Assembly: GCA_963752255.1 (NCBI GenBank)
Contig: CAVVXT010000019.1
Coordinates: 32,001-96,000, forward strand
Direction of reading: 5' to 3'
Length of the DNA: 64,000 bases
Origin: Nitrososphaeria archaeon
Lineage (GTDB): Archaea > Thermoproteota > Nitrososphaeria > JACIWG01
The notes beneath the pieces are model-generated. The model did no database searches and had not been told where the DNA came from. It saw only the letters and a list, made by a program, of their open reading frames with translations. Shown here in pieces: positions 10,746 through 22,429 of this stretch; the first letter of the stretch is position 1, and every line of letters begins with the position of its first letter. A program made the translations under genes and the position numbers.

Positions 10746-11465
10746 TTGTGCTTGGCTATGCAAAATGATCGGGGACCTACAGTTCTTCCGATCAGCTATA
10801 ACCATCTTGTCCAAGCAGCAATCTACAGCAGCATATCCCTTGAACTTTCGACCTTTCTACATAACAAAGGATATATTTATGAAAAAAGGTCATTTAAGCT
10901 CTTTACTTTCTCTAGGCTTCTTGGAAAGTACGAGATAATGCAAAATAAGATATGCTTCAAAGATAATATAGATGTCTATGTTTCTTCTCCTATTGACAGA
11001 TTTATTAAAGAAATTGCAAACATTTTACTAAAAAGAGGCCATTTAGTTTTAGGCAAACAAAAGCTTAAGATTACAAACATATCTTTCCCACTAGAGCCGA
11101 AAATAGGTACTAATGTAAGAATCAAAACACTTTCGCCAATAACAGTCTACAGCACTATGCTTTCACCAACAGGAGATAAGAAGACCTACTATTATTCACC
11201 TTTTGAAGCTGAATTTTCTAAGCTCGTCGACGCAAACGCCAAAAAAAAGTTTTATATAACAAAAAAGAGAAACATTAAATCACGTTTAAAAATGCAGCCA
11301 CTAAGAGTCAAAGAATCAATTATAATCTACAAAGAAATAGTTGTAAAAGGCTGGAGTGGATTATTCCAGTTGAGTGGGCCTAAATCTCTTATTAAAATTG
11401 TATATGAAACTGGGCTTGGAAGCAAAAACCCTCAAGGTTTCGGAATGTTTGAGGTGTTAGCATAA
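10740..11465 (+). CDS. cas6: Cas6 endoribonuclease
   Basis: YNHLVQAAIY, FKLFTFSRL, TLSPI, GLGSKNPQGFG; likely start MRLCL at 10740. Confidence 0.96.
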   Translation: MRLCLAMQNDRGPTVLPISYNHLVQAAIYSSISLELSTFLHNKGYIYEKRSFKLFTFSRLLGKYEIMQNKICFKDNIDVYVSSPIDRFIKEIANILLKRGHLVLGKQKLKITNISFPLEPKIGTNVRIKTLSPITVYSTMLSPTGDKKTYYYSPFEAEFSKLVDANAKKKFYITKKRNIKSRLKMQPLRVKESIIIYKEIVVKGWSGLFQLSGPKSLIKIVYETGLGSKNPQGFGMFEVLA

Positions 11466-11466
11466 A

Positions 11467-13314
11467 TTGTTGGACTCAGTTGCAAAGATAGGAGAGAGTT
11501 TGCTTGAGGAAGACTCTGAATATTTTCTGAAGAGTCTAGTTATTTATAGGAGAAAAGATGTTGATAGCACTCTACTGCATATAATAATGGATTTGGATAG
11601 AGGCGTTATAGAAAAAGAAGAATTGAAATTGACTATGGAGAGGTACGAGCATTATTTGTGGATAGGTAATACCTTCAGAGCCTCACTTGAACCTATATTG
11701 AGGCTTACCAGCGATAGATTGGAATACTTATTTAGTGAACGCAATGGAGTTGACGGAATAGTTAAGACTATTGAAGGATTCCCAGCTCAGTATCGCTCAG
11801 ACTCTGTCAATAGGCTTTACGAATACTTAAAACAAATCAGAACAATTTTTGGTAATCTGCAGAATCTATCCAAAGAATACGAAGAGGAAATGAAGAAAGA
11901 AGATGTTAAGCCTGCCCTCTATTCTATAGCTGTACGCAAAAATGGAGAAGTGTTCGATTTATCTAAAGAGAAAGGATACAAAGAGTTCTTGGAAATAGTT
12001 TTACTTCAAAAGAATAAACAAGCAAGGAAAGGAACTTGCTATCTATGTGGCTTTGATAAAGTATTGCTTGATCCTTCATTCCGTTTGGGTTCGTTACTCA
12101 AAGTTTACGTTATTGATAAGAAAGGCTTCCTTTCGGGTATTTCGGATAATGAAGAGTCAAAATTACGAACTTTCACTTTATGTTCAAATTGTTTAAAGAA
12201 GCTCTTAACAGGAGATGGTTTTATAGAAACAAACCTTAGAAGTTACATAGGCCGATTTAATCTCTATATAGTACCAAGATCAGCAACAGAGATACGTCTT
12301 TTGAAGAAGTGGGCCGATTACATAAAAGATCGAGTTGGCGCACTTAACTCTTACAATGGCCTTATTGAATTTAACCAAAAATTGAGTGACTATAGCGAGT
12401 TTGTAAATAACGAACCATTGTATTCGTTAACGTTAATCTTTGGTGAAAGGGAGCAAATTTCATCATTTAGACTATACGGCATGATTACAGAGATTCCTAT
12501 CACAAGAATGACTTCATTCACGAGCAGTGTAAGCAAAATAGCCAGAGAAATGAGTCTATTGTTTACTTTGGAGGAAAACGTTTTCAATTGCGGTCTAGCT
12601 GAGATTTATAGAATATTCCCATTAAGAAAAAGTAAAAATGGTCCTGTGAGAGAGTATAAACCGCTTCTCTCACTTTATTCATCATTATTGCAAGATTCTG
12701 AATATTCAAGAAGTGAGTTATTAAAGAGAGCCCTACTGTTTGCAAGGATTAACAAGTTTAAGCTTCATAGTTTGTATGATATAAGACAGGAGAAGAATCT
12801 TGATGTTCAACTTTGCAATGGCATATTAAAGTTTAATATCCTGCTCAAACTATTGGATAAAAGTATGGAAGTGAGTGATGTACAAGCTAATAAAAGTGAA
12901 GACTTGAAATCAGGTAACAAGATTATGAAATACTTCAACTTAATGGGATATAAAGAATGGCAGCAATCCCTATTTTTACTCGGATATCTAGTTGGTGAAA
13001 TTGGTTCACAGCAATACAATAAAGGTGATGAAAAAAAGTCAATCCTGTCAAAAATAGATTTTGATGGAATAAGAAAAGAGAAAGTTGTGATTCTTTCGAA
13101 TCAGATTCTTAAATCACTTCGAGATTATAGAGTTCTGAAATATAATGAAAAAACATATGCTGATATGAAAGAATTATTGGACAGAAATCTAAACAATCTG
13201 TATGACCCCATAATGAATACATTTTACATTCTAAGTGGTTATTCATTTTCCACATTGCAAAGAATAAAAGCCAGTTCTGCTAATATTAACAAGGAGGATA
13301 ATAATGATGAGTGA
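11467..13314 (+). CDS. cas8b: type I-B large subunit Cas8b (Csh1-like)
   Basis: CYLCG...CSNC zinc motif, C-terminal FLLGYLVG...KSIL small-subunit-like region; position between cas6 and cas7. Confidence 0.88.
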   Translation: MLDSVAKIGESLLEEDSEYFLKSLVIYRRKDVDSTLLHIIMDLDRGVIEKEELKLTMERYEHYLWIGNTFRASLEPILRLTSDRLEYLFSERNGVDGIVKTIEGFPAQYRSDSVNRLYEYLKQIRTIFGNLQNLSKEYEEEMKKEDVKPALYSIAVRKNGEVFDLSKEKGYKEFLEIVLLQKNKQARKGTCYLCGFDKVLLDPSFRLGSLLKVYVIDKKGFLSGISDNEESKLRTFTLCSNCLKKLLTGDGFIETNLRSYIGRFNLYIVPRSATEIRLLKKWADYIKDRVGALNSYNGLIEFNQKLSDYSEFVNNEPLYSLTLIFGEREQISSFRLYGMITEIPITRMTSFTSSVSKIAREMSLLFTLEENVFNCGLAEIYRIFPLRKSKNGPVREYKPLLSLYSSLLQDSEYSRSELLKRALLFARINKFKLHSLYDIRQEKNLDVQLCNGILKFNILLKLLDKSMEVSDVQANKSEDLKSGNKIMKYFNLMGYKEWQQSLFLLGYLVGEIGSQQYNKGDEKKSILSKIDFDGIRKEKVVILSNQILKSLRDYRVLKYNEKTYADMKELLDRNLNNLYDPIMNTFYILSGYSFSTLQRIKASSANINKEDNNDE

Positions 13315-14279
13315 TGTGAGCAAGAATAGTGAAATACTTTTACTGTACGAAGCTATTCTATGTAATCCTAACGGTGATCCTGACGAGGAGAATAGACCTC
13401 GCATAGATATAGTAACTAAGAAAAATCTAGTGACAGATGTTAGATTAAAACGCTATTTTAGAGATCATATAATCAACAAATATGGAGAGAAGTATATTTG
13501 GATAACAAAGATTGCTGGTAATAATGTGGATCCTGAAACGAGACTTAATGAATTAATAGGAAAGGAAAAAGATGTCGATGAAGTAAAGTTTGTTACTCAG
13601 AGATGTATAGATGCCCGACTTTTTGGAGCTAGGCATGCCCAAAAAAGCAAGAAAAGGAGTAAAAGGTGAAACTTCACATGTAACAGGACCTGTTCAGTTT
13701 TCATGGGGATATTCGCTTCATCCTGTAGAAACCGTAGAATCTTCTTCAATAACTTCGTTATTTGTGGGTAGAGAAACTGAAGGAAGAGCTTACGGTACAA
13801 TAGGAAAAGACTATAGATTATACTATTCCTTAATCGCTTTTTATGGTTTGGCTAGCGGAAATAGAGGAAAGAAGACTGGCCTTAAGGAAAGAGACCTGGT
13901 TATACTGGACCACTTACTTTGTCCTTCGCTAAAATTAGAAGCAACTACAAGAAGTAAGATAGGAGAAAATCCACTATTATACATGAGAGTTGAATACACA
14001 GAGTCGGATACTTTAATCGGTGATCTGAGACGATTTGTCAAAGTAAGTTACGAAAACGAATCAATTAGATCACTTAAAGATCTGAAAATCGATACAAGTG
14101 ACTTGGCAAGAAGACTGAATGAAAAACAAAGCACAATAAACAAAATATATCTCTGGACTGATGAATCAATTAGAGAAAGCATAATTCCAATTGAAAGTAA
14201 AATGAAAGATCAGATTATTTATGTGCCTTATGCAAAACTTAATCTTCCAGATGACCTCATAATCAAAGAAGAAAAGTAA
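13304..14279 (+). pseudogene. cas7: Cas7 (Csh2-type), frameshift near 13631
   Basis: NPNGDPDEENRPR, VTDVRLKRYFRD, DARLFGA, then TGPVQFSWG and TRSKIG in the next frame. Confidence 0.9.
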
Positions 14280-14292
14280 CTGGCATTCTATT

Positions 14293-15025
14293 ATGATGTC
14301 TTTCAATTTGGAAGGGAAGATGGGGCATTTTCGGAAGTTCTATACTACTGTAACGTCATTAAGTTATGCTTTCCCTCCACGTAATACTATCTGTGGAACT
14401 ATTGCAGCTATTTTGGGCTTAGAAAGAGATTCCTATTACGATTTGCTGTCAAGAGATAGATGTAAAATAGGGATACAGATTTTAGAACCTGTTAAAAAGG
14501 TACTGTTGACAACTAATTATCTGGATACAGATGAGATAAGCTTTAGACGGCTCAGAGGTATCGGAATGAAACCAACTCGAGTCGAGTATCTGTTTTCTGA
14601 TAACGATAGATACCTTAGATACAAAATATATTTTGTTCATGAAGACAACAAGATAATGGACGAACTAAGTAAAAGGGTGAAAAGTCAAAAAATACATTAT
14701 CCAATATCTTTAGGACCTGCGCATTGCCTTGCTCAAATAGCAGATTTTGAGGAAATAGAGCCTAAAGCCTTAGTATTAGGTGATAAAACTCAACTTGGAA
14801 TACTTACAGTTATTCAGCAAGACCAGATAGTGGAAATAGATCCAAAATTAAATGAAGGAAAAAGAATAATAATCGAAGAAAGAGTTCCACCAGACTTTGG
14901 TGTAGGAAGAAAGCCAATATCATCGGCTAAGAACTATTTATATGAAGCTGCCTTGTAGTTCTATAATAGCTTCAGTAAAGGGTGAAACTTACAGAATAGG
15001 AGATAAGTATGGTGTCTTCTTATGA
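14293..15025 (+). CDS. cas5: Cas5 (I-B); ORF ends at 14958 but the natural C-terminus appears to continue in another frame to about 15025
   Basis: GHFRKFYT, SYAFPPRNTICG, YPISLG; shifted frame SSIIASVKGETYRIGDKYGVFL* overlaps the cas3 start. Confidence 0.9.
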
Positions 15026-17424
15026 TTATTTTTCGCACCCCAACTTTCCACTTAAAGAACATCTTAAAGCAGTAGGAAAATTGAGTAGATCTAAGGCTTG
15101 GGAATTAGGAATTAGAAGTGAAAATCTACTTAAGACAATTGAAGTAATTGGTTCATTTCATGATGTTGGAAAATATAGCCTCTATTTTCAAGAATATCTC
15201 TGGAGGTAAGAAATATAATAGGGAATTGACTTCCCATTCACTTTTTTCTGCACTTTTTACTAGTTGGTTTACTGCAGTGTCATTTAATGATTCATCTTTG
15301 ACAGCATTTGCTTTTTATTCTGTATACAAACATCATAGCGATTTAAAGGATAAAGTAGAAGATGTCTTTGATAAAAGCTTTCTAAACAAAATCATCGAAA
15401 ATTATAATTATAAAGAACAGTTTGAATCAATAAGTCGATCTAAAGCAATTGTTTCAACTGAATTAGCTGAATTGCTGAAAGATGGTAACAGTTACGTCAT
15501 CATGGACAGCTTCTTTAAAGAATATGAAGCAGGTTTCCCAATTTTAAAAGATTCAATCGTAAACTTTGTAACAAGAAAGCCTAACTTTCTTAAAGATTAC
15601 TATCAATTGCTATTATTCTTTAGCCTACTTATAGATTCAGACAAAAAAGAAGCGAGCCACTATAAATCGAAGGACAGACTTGAAGTTGATTCCTCTTCAG
15701 TCGACAAGTATCTCAGTACAATGAAAAAAACAGATAGTCTGATTAATAAAATTAGACAAGATATCTATCAATCAGCAAATTCGAAGCTTATTGAATTAGC
15801 TAAGGAAAAAGAACTACCAAAGATCTTGACTATAACTGCACCTACAGGGACTGGCAAGACCTTATTATCATTCTCATTAGCACTTAAGCTTAGAAATTTG
15901 ATAAAAGAGCGTCAAGGTCTAACACCTCGTATAATTTACATTCTACCTTACATTAACATTATAGATCAAACATATGATGTTTTTAATAATGTTCTAGATA
16001 GTGGAGGAAATTTGGAACTACTTCTGAAACACCATCATCTTTTATTTGGTTCCTTAGAACCTAATGAGAACAGATCCTTAGAGGATATCACTCTTCTTGC
16101 AGAATCATGGGATTCAGAAGTGATTGTTACAACCTTTGTACAACTTTTTGAAACCCTATTTGGAACAAAAAACAGAATGTTAAAGAAATTTCATAAATTT
16201 TTTAATTCAATAATCATATTCGACGAAATTCAAACCCTTCCTATTGAATATTGGAAGTTAGTCAAAGAAGCTTTACAAACATTGGTAGAGCAGACAAATT
16301 CTTACATAATATATATGAGTGCTACTAGGCCTATAATTTTTAGTGGGAATGAGCTCATTGATAACTGGCGGAAAAATTTTAGTATGCTGAACAGAGTAAG
16401 GTTTAGATACATATCTAAAAAGTTTAGCGTAGGACAAGCAGTTGAATTTGTCTCCAATGAATGGAACAGAAGCGGTTCTTTATTGGTAGTATTAAATACA
16501 ATTGATTCTTCAATTGAATTTTATAATAGAATTAAGGATCTGCTTAGGAAAGATGGATTAGCTTTTCAAGCTCTCAATAATAAAGACATCAATGAAGATT
16601 ATGATAAAGAAAAGATTATAGTAGGCTATCTATCTACAAACCTTCTTCCTATCCATAGGAAAAAACGAATCGATCAGATCAGAGAGTTATTAAAGAAGGA
16701 TACAAAGTTGATACTTGTTAGTACTCAAGTAGTTGAAGCAGGAGTTGACTTGGACTTCGACATGGCTATAAGAGATATCGGTCCCTTCGATTCGATTGTA
16801 CAAGTTGCTGGAAGATGTAATAGAAATGGGTTAAAAGATAAAGGCAAGTTTTATGTTTTGAACTTAGTCGATGAAAATGGGAAATTATATGCCAATAATA
16901 TATATGAACGATTAGCAGTGAAAGTAAGCAGGCAAATATTCGAAAGTGAAGAAGAGTTCGATGAAAGTACAATATTGAATAAAATTAATGATTATTATTT
17001 GAAGAGCACAGCATTTCTAGGAGAAGAAAGTGACGAATACAGAGAAGCTAAAGAAGCCATAGAACAATTAGACTTTGCTAAACTGAACTCCATCCGTCTT
17101 ATAAAGAATGAACCCAAGTTTAACGCTTTCATAGAATACGATGAAGAGGCATTCAAAATCAAAGAGGAACTTCTCAAGTTAATTGATGAACGGAAAAATC
17201 CAACTGAACAAAAAAATACGACCAAAATGTACGAAATTAATTTGAAGGTTAGGAAAAAGAGAGCAGAACTTGAAAATTACATAATCTCAACATGGAAGAA
17301 CATCGAACATCTTCCCCTAATGCTTGAATTTCCAGATTTAAAATACATTAATACTGACCTTATAAACCAATATTATGATGATGAAGTAGGCTTGAAATTA
17401 AATGAGCCAATGGACATTGAATAA
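15009..17424 (+). pseudogene. cas3: Cas3 HD nuclease-helicase, frameshift near 15200
   Basis: SHP..LKEHL, FHDVGK, HSLFSA, KHH, APTGTGKT, DEIQ, MSAT, STQVVEAGVDLD, QVAGRCNR. Confidence 0.93.
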
Positions 17425-17469
17425 GAACAAATTTAAAAAAGAGATCAGATTTGCTTTTGCCAATAATAT

Positions 17470-17621
17470 TCGCATTATAGTTTCTTTATGGCCTGTTAGG
17501 ATAATAAAAACGTTCCGTCGGTCTACGCTCATGTATCACGCTTTTATGGGTCGACATTGGACATTTGGATTATTGGCTTGGAAAAAGGTTTAAAATGTGG
17601 AAATGAACATAATTTACGCCA
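17470..17621 (+). promoter_or_regulatory. CRISPR leader of array 2 (inverted duplicate of 10594-10745)
   Basis: Base-by-base reverse complement of the array 1 leader. Confidence 0.9.
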
Positions 17622-18120
17622 GTTTTTAGAATACCTAGAAGGATTTGAAATTTCGGACTAATCGCTATACTACTCATGATTGTCGGAGTTTGTAGAATAC
17701 CTATAAGGATTTGAAACTTGTTAGTTGTGGCTTCAATCATTTGGTTAGATGGAGTTTGTAGAATACCTATAAGGATTTGAAACGTTGGAACCGTGACTGT
17801 GAACGTTTAGTTTTTCTGCGTTTGTAGAATACCTAGAAGGATTTGAAACTAGTAGTAATCTATGTTAGTTATGTTGTTGTCAATTGGGTTTGTAGAATAC
17901 CTAGAAGGATTTGAAACATCCATCCAAGACGGAAGACGTAGATAAATTCGGCGTTTGTTTGTAGAATACCTAGAAGGATTTGAAACTATCCTACTATCGC
18001 TTCAGCTCATGAAGGAGTCGTTAGTTTGTAGAATACCTATAAGGATTTGAAACGCATATATGGATAGAGGTGGAAATCTAATCTTTGGTCGTTTGTAGAA
18101 AACTATAAGGATTTGAACCA
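17622..18120 (+). CRISPR. CRISPR array 2: 8 repeats (last degenerate), 7 spacers
   Basis: Repeats at 17622, 17688, 17754, 17820, 17888, 17957, 18024, 18091; same repeat family as array 1. Confidence 0.98.
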
Positions 18121-18186
18121 TCTAAACCGTACTTTTTGGACTTAACCTGTTTTGGCTAGATCTCGTCGGGCACGCAATTGCTTATG

Positions 18187-18345
18187 CATAATTTACTGGT
18201 AAATTAGGGTTCAAATCCCACTTCACGCAACCGATTTATTTTTGATTTATTCATGCCAAATAAGTAAAACTGGGAGTTAGCCTAATAGCCCATCTGGGTT
18301 TTGGAGTAACACGTGTTTGATCTAAGTAATGAAGGAGTTTATACG
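18187..18345 (+). repeat. ~160-bp non-coding repeat (copy A) with palindrome and tRNA-like T-arm; copy B at 45321-45478
   Basis: TAATTTACTGGTAAATTA-GGGTTCAAATCCCAC...GATTTATTTTTGATTTAT...GAAGGAGTTTATACG shared with copy B. Confidence 0.8.
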
Positions 18346-18415
18346 CTGATCGTTTTGTTTCTTAACATAATTCTGTTGTGACCTTTACCTTAATTGAGCA
18401 AAGATGTCGCTGTCC

Positions 18416-19277
18416 CTAACATGCCTCCACGTTTGTTTCACGCCAGTCCTTTCCTAGCTTGAAAGTGAATCTGCTGCTGCAGCTTCTGTCCAATTGCTCG
18501 CTAACTTCATGGGAATATTCTAAAGTTGAAAGCAGTAGTATCACCTGTCTGTGTCTGCTGACTGCCAAAATCATGTCTACAAAACTATCCCTTAATCCAT
18601 CTCCCATTCCGGCTAGAGGCGCATCCATCACAATAGGCACATTAAACGCTGACGCCTGATGTGCGGCCAGCTTAAATGATAGCGTGAGCAGTCGGCGTTC
18701 TCCAGAAGACAAAATTTGGCAATTGTTGTATCTCATGTTATTCGGTTTAGAGGTGGAGTAGTCTTCGTCAGCATTGATGTCGGCGAAGAGTTTTTTGTTC
18801 GAAATCAGGTAAAGCAGTTCTCCCGCTCGAGACATGGTTTCCCGTCTGATCCTGTCCCCTGTGAGCTTCTTTTTCTGCCTCATTACGGTGAGGACGTTCC
18901 CGTAGGATTCTATCTGCTCTGTGCTGGTTGAGTTAAAGTAGCCGGCGTGTCTGTAGACCCTGAACAGGACCTTCCTCGAGAAAAGGAAATATCTGTCCCC
19001 CTCTGTAGCCAATAGTTCTACTACGACCTGCCTGGTCTCCCATGTTGTCTGAGGCTCCAGCGGCGTTGTCGTTCAGGAGAGGTGATTGCTGCTGATCTGA
19101 ATGTTGAGACTCGTCGCCGTAGAGGCACCATCTGATTGCGTTGAGCAGGTTCGTCTTCCCAACGCCTCCTCCTCCGACGAAGATGTGGAGGTCGTTTCTG
19201 CCAGGCTTCCTGCCGAGAGGGATTTCCGTGTCCCTGTACTGCATAAAGTTTTTGAGTGTAATCCTCTCAAACCTTAA
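18416..19277 (-). pseudogene. short SMC/Rad50/DndD-like ABC ATPase lacking a coiled coil; frameshift near 19028
   Basis: ITLKNFMQY, GGGGVGKTNLLNAIRWCLYG, LSSGERRL, PIVMDAP. Confidence 0.75.
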
Positions 19278-19620
19278 TGCTGCTCACCGTGTTCTTTCGT
19301 CAACATCTATGTACCCACTGTATACACCTTTTACTGATAGGTCTTTTTATAAATCTAAGATAGTAATTAAAACAGGTGTCTTAGATGTATAAGCTACTAC
19401 CATGGTAGGGAGGCTCTTTCACAAATCAAAAAATGTCAAATTGCATACTATTATGTGGTAACGAAGGCGACCTAAATCATCACTAGCTTCTTAGGCTCCC
19501 TTTTTTAGGCTAGTCCTCTATTATCCCACGTGTTCCTATCTTTTATCGCCCGAATACGATTATATTTCTGGCTTAATGAGCATTGATTCCAGCTGTTCTG
19601 TTCAAACTTCGGAGCTTGGT

Positions 19621-20301
19621 TCAGATGTAACCGAGTCTCTCCGCGATGTCCACGAAGTCAGCACGCATCTTCTCTTTTGTTTCATTGTTAAATCCACTTG
19701 AGCAGTATTTCTTTATTAATTCTGCTGTCCACTCATCCTTTAACTTTTTTCCTCTCTTTTTGCCTTGTAATTCTTGGATGAAACACATATAGGTTGGGAG
19801 TTGAAAATGCTTTGCGTTTGGATACTGTCGAGCAAGGGATTCTGTAGCCCTCAGCTTTCTCTTGAACTCTATCTTACTTTCGACCTCGGGTGTTTGAGCC
19901 ATTTCAAATTGTAGTGTCTGCTCTTTACCTTTCAGTTGGGACAGCAACTCGTCCCAGCATACCCTATACTCTTGGAAGAACGTATCTTTATACGCAATGT
20001 AAATTGCTTGGTCTAAAGCAGAGAAGACTTGCAGAGACCCCCTCACCCATTCTCTAGACACTTCTTCTTCAGCTTCGTCCAAAACAACATGGAAAAGGCA
20101 ATACTTCACGCCTTCTTTTTCGTAAGCAGACTCCGCCCAATTCATCACCGTCTTAAAATCGCTGATGCTGGATCTCCAAGAGTCATGAACGTAGCCTTCC
20201 TCAAAACCATCAATTTTGGAATCTATCGCTTTCATCTCATCATCTGAAAGCCTGATCCCAATTGAATGTGCAAGTTTCCTATGAGTGGGCCATCTTGGCA
20301 T
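19621..20301 (-). CDS. hypothetical, possible metal-dependent hydrolase
   Basis: MPRWPTH...ID...HD...HVVLD His/Asp pattern. Confidence 0.55.
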   Translation of the reverse strand: MPRWPTHRKLAHSIGIRLSDDEMKAIDSKIDGFEEGYVHDSWRSSISDFKTVMNWAESAYEKEGVKYCLFHVVLDEAEEEVSREWVRGSLQVFSALDQAIYIAYKDTFFQEYRVCWDELLSQLKGKEQTLQFEMAQTPEVESKIEFKRKLRATESLARQYPNAKHFQLPTYMCFIQELQGKKRGKKLKDEWTAELIKKYCSSGFNNETKEKMRADFVDIAERLGYI

Positions 20302-20503
20302 CTGATTTTCCCCTAGAATCTTGCCCTTTTGGAACTTATTAACACTTAACCAATCGAGATGGAAAAATCTGACAAAATAGAATTAAAAGGGTTCCCAAGT
20401 TGGCTCAAAATGAAATAAAAGAAAGTGAAGATGAGATAACACCTATGAAAAATTATTGGATATATACTTAAATATAGGTGAAGAATAAATTAAACCGAAT
20501 GTA

Positions 20504-21286
20504 ATGAGTAGTTCTAAAAATGGAAATCATGGTATTAGAAATATTGTTATCGTTTTTATCGCGGTTCTTGTAATTATTGTAATCCTCTTGATTCCTGTAA
20601 TACCCTTCGATTATAAAGTCGAAACAACAACAGTAACAACCCAGACTGACACGATACCGACGTCGACTATCCAAACAGTCTTGATATCGACAGAAACCAC
20701 CATTACCAACACGATACCGACATCTCAAATAGTAACCGTAACCGTTCCAGTTCAGACGGCCCAAAGCCGAAGTCAAACTCTGCTTAACTTGGGTTCCTAC
20801 ACACTGCAAGCAAACTATTACTATTCTAGCTATGGTCAAGTACCTGCTGGAAGTGATATTGCAATAACTTGGAGTGCAAGTAATACGGTCAACGTTTATG
20901 CCTTCACTTCAGACCAATATAGTGTGTACACAAAGAACAGCGGTAACGCAAACCCTATCGTTTCACAGAAAAATGTTGCAAGCGGGACCCTTGGATTCCA
21001 TGCTTCAGCATCGGACACGTACTACATTGTCATATTTAATCCTCACAGCACTCTCTTTGGCTTGATAAAAGAGGATGTAGGAATCTATAGTGCTAACGCA
21101 GTTGCTACATGGCAGGAAACAGTTACTACCACCACGACCCAAGTACAAACGATAGCTACGTCCACAACTACGATTCAAACGATACCTACGTCCACAACTA
21201 CGATTAAAACAGTAACTAATATACAGCCTGTGCCAAAACGGACCATGATAAGTTTACTTGACTGGCTACTCGGGATACATCCATAA
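20504..21286 (+). CDS. Thr-rich membrane-anchored or secreted protein with central beta-sandwich domain
   Basis: N-terminal TM helix, Thr-rich flanks, 30-bp tandem repeat near 21146-21205. Confidence 0.8.
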   Translation: MSSSKNGNHGIRNIVIVFIAVLVIIVILLIPVIPFDYKVETTTVTTQTDTIPTSTIQTVLISTETTITNTIPTSQIVTVTVPVQTAQSRSQTLLNLGSYTLQANYYYSSYGQVPAGSDIAITWSASNTVNVYAFTSDQYSVYTKNSGNANPIVSQKNVASGTLGFHASASDTYYIVIFNPHSTLFGLIKEDVGIYSANAVATWQETVTTTTTQVQTIATSTTTIQTIPTSTTTIKTVTNIQPVPKRTMISLLDWLLGIHP

Positions 21287-21877
21287 ATATAATCATTGGA
21301 TTTAAGCTAATAAGATTTTTCTTTGAATAAGAAACACTAAGGTAAAACGGAGTTTCAAGCACATGATACAAATTATTTATGCAATCTCTTACCTTTTATA
21401 TTCTGATTTTGTTAACCCTATGTCTAATCGTGGCGCGTTAATAAGTGGATTACCATTCTATAAAGCGAAATTATTGAATATCATAGCCGAAATGACACGT
21501 TTATCACATAGCAGATAAATCTTAACCATGAGGACTAAACTCTTCTCACGAAAGCGTCTACTTTCTAAGCTCTTCTGGCGTAAACTGCAGTGCTACCTTC
21601 CTCCTTTCCTTCCTTCGAAGGTTGAGCGGTCTGCCCTGAGTCAGCAGCTTCGTGTAGTACGCATGCCACGGGATAAAAGGATTATGTTGAGCGCCCTACA
21701 ATATTCTGACTGATTAAGGCTTTGTTATTTTTATCTATTTTTCTATCATTTGGACTTTCTTCTGATTTATAATTTATGTTATCAGTACGAAAAAGCGGCC
21801 AGTCGAAGCTTCTTATCCAAAGCCTCATAGAGTCGAAGTGAAGGAAAGCTTTCGTCATAAGTTTATTAATATTAAAT

Positions 21878-22351
21878 GTGAAAACAGAGATTAAGGTAAA
21901 CGATATGAGTGTAAAAGAAAACCTTCAGTTGATGAAGACGCTAGACGACGCATGGAATGCTGGCCCTGGAAGTCCCCTTTGGGAGACCTTCAGGAAACGT
22001 CACACCGAAAACGTCGCCGTCTACTGGCCTGGTCAGCCCGAACCTACAAAGGGGCGGCATAGCCATGACCTGGAAGCTGTGGAATTCTTCAAGACCTTTC
22101 CAGACAACCACCTAATCAACAACCCCTACAAAATCGCATTTGGCCAAGATGACTGGACGTGCAGCATAGCAGACTTTACAGGAACAATGAAAGGCCCTAT
22201 GAAAACTGCAGACGGCAAAACTATTCCCCCAACCAACAAAAAATTCAAAGTTGAATTCTGCACAGTTGCACACTGGAAAAACGGCGAAATCCTAGAAGAA
22301 CGGCTGTTCTATGACCTAGTAGGCTTAATGAAGCAGATCGGTCTAATGTAA
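21878..22351 (+). CDS. SnoaL-like ester cyclase family protein (likely start 21905)
   Basis: FFKTFPD...FTGTMKGP...IPPTNKKFKVEFCTVAHWKNGEILEERLFYD. Confidence 0.88.
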   Translation: MKTEIKVNDMSVKENLQLMKTLDDAWNAGPGSPLWETFRKRHTENVAVYWPGQPEPTKGRHSHDLEAVEFFKTFPDNHLINNPYKIAFGQDDWTCSIADFTGTMKGPMKTADGKTIPPTNKKFKVEFCTVAHWKNGEILEERLFYDLVGLMKQIGLM

Positions 22352-22429
22352 ATAAGACAGGCCAAAACAAATCACAAATAAAAACCCAATTATTTCGCTC
22401 AAGCAGATCTAAAACAAAGGTGAAAAATC

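Noticed and set aside
13600-15210. Programmed frameshifting in cas7, cas5 and cas3
   Set aside because: No common slippery sequence at the shift points, and similar indels hit unrelated genes.
10032-18120. CRISPR-associated transposon (cas1-less type I-B)
   Set aside because: cas3 is present and no tnsABC/tniQ genes are visible.
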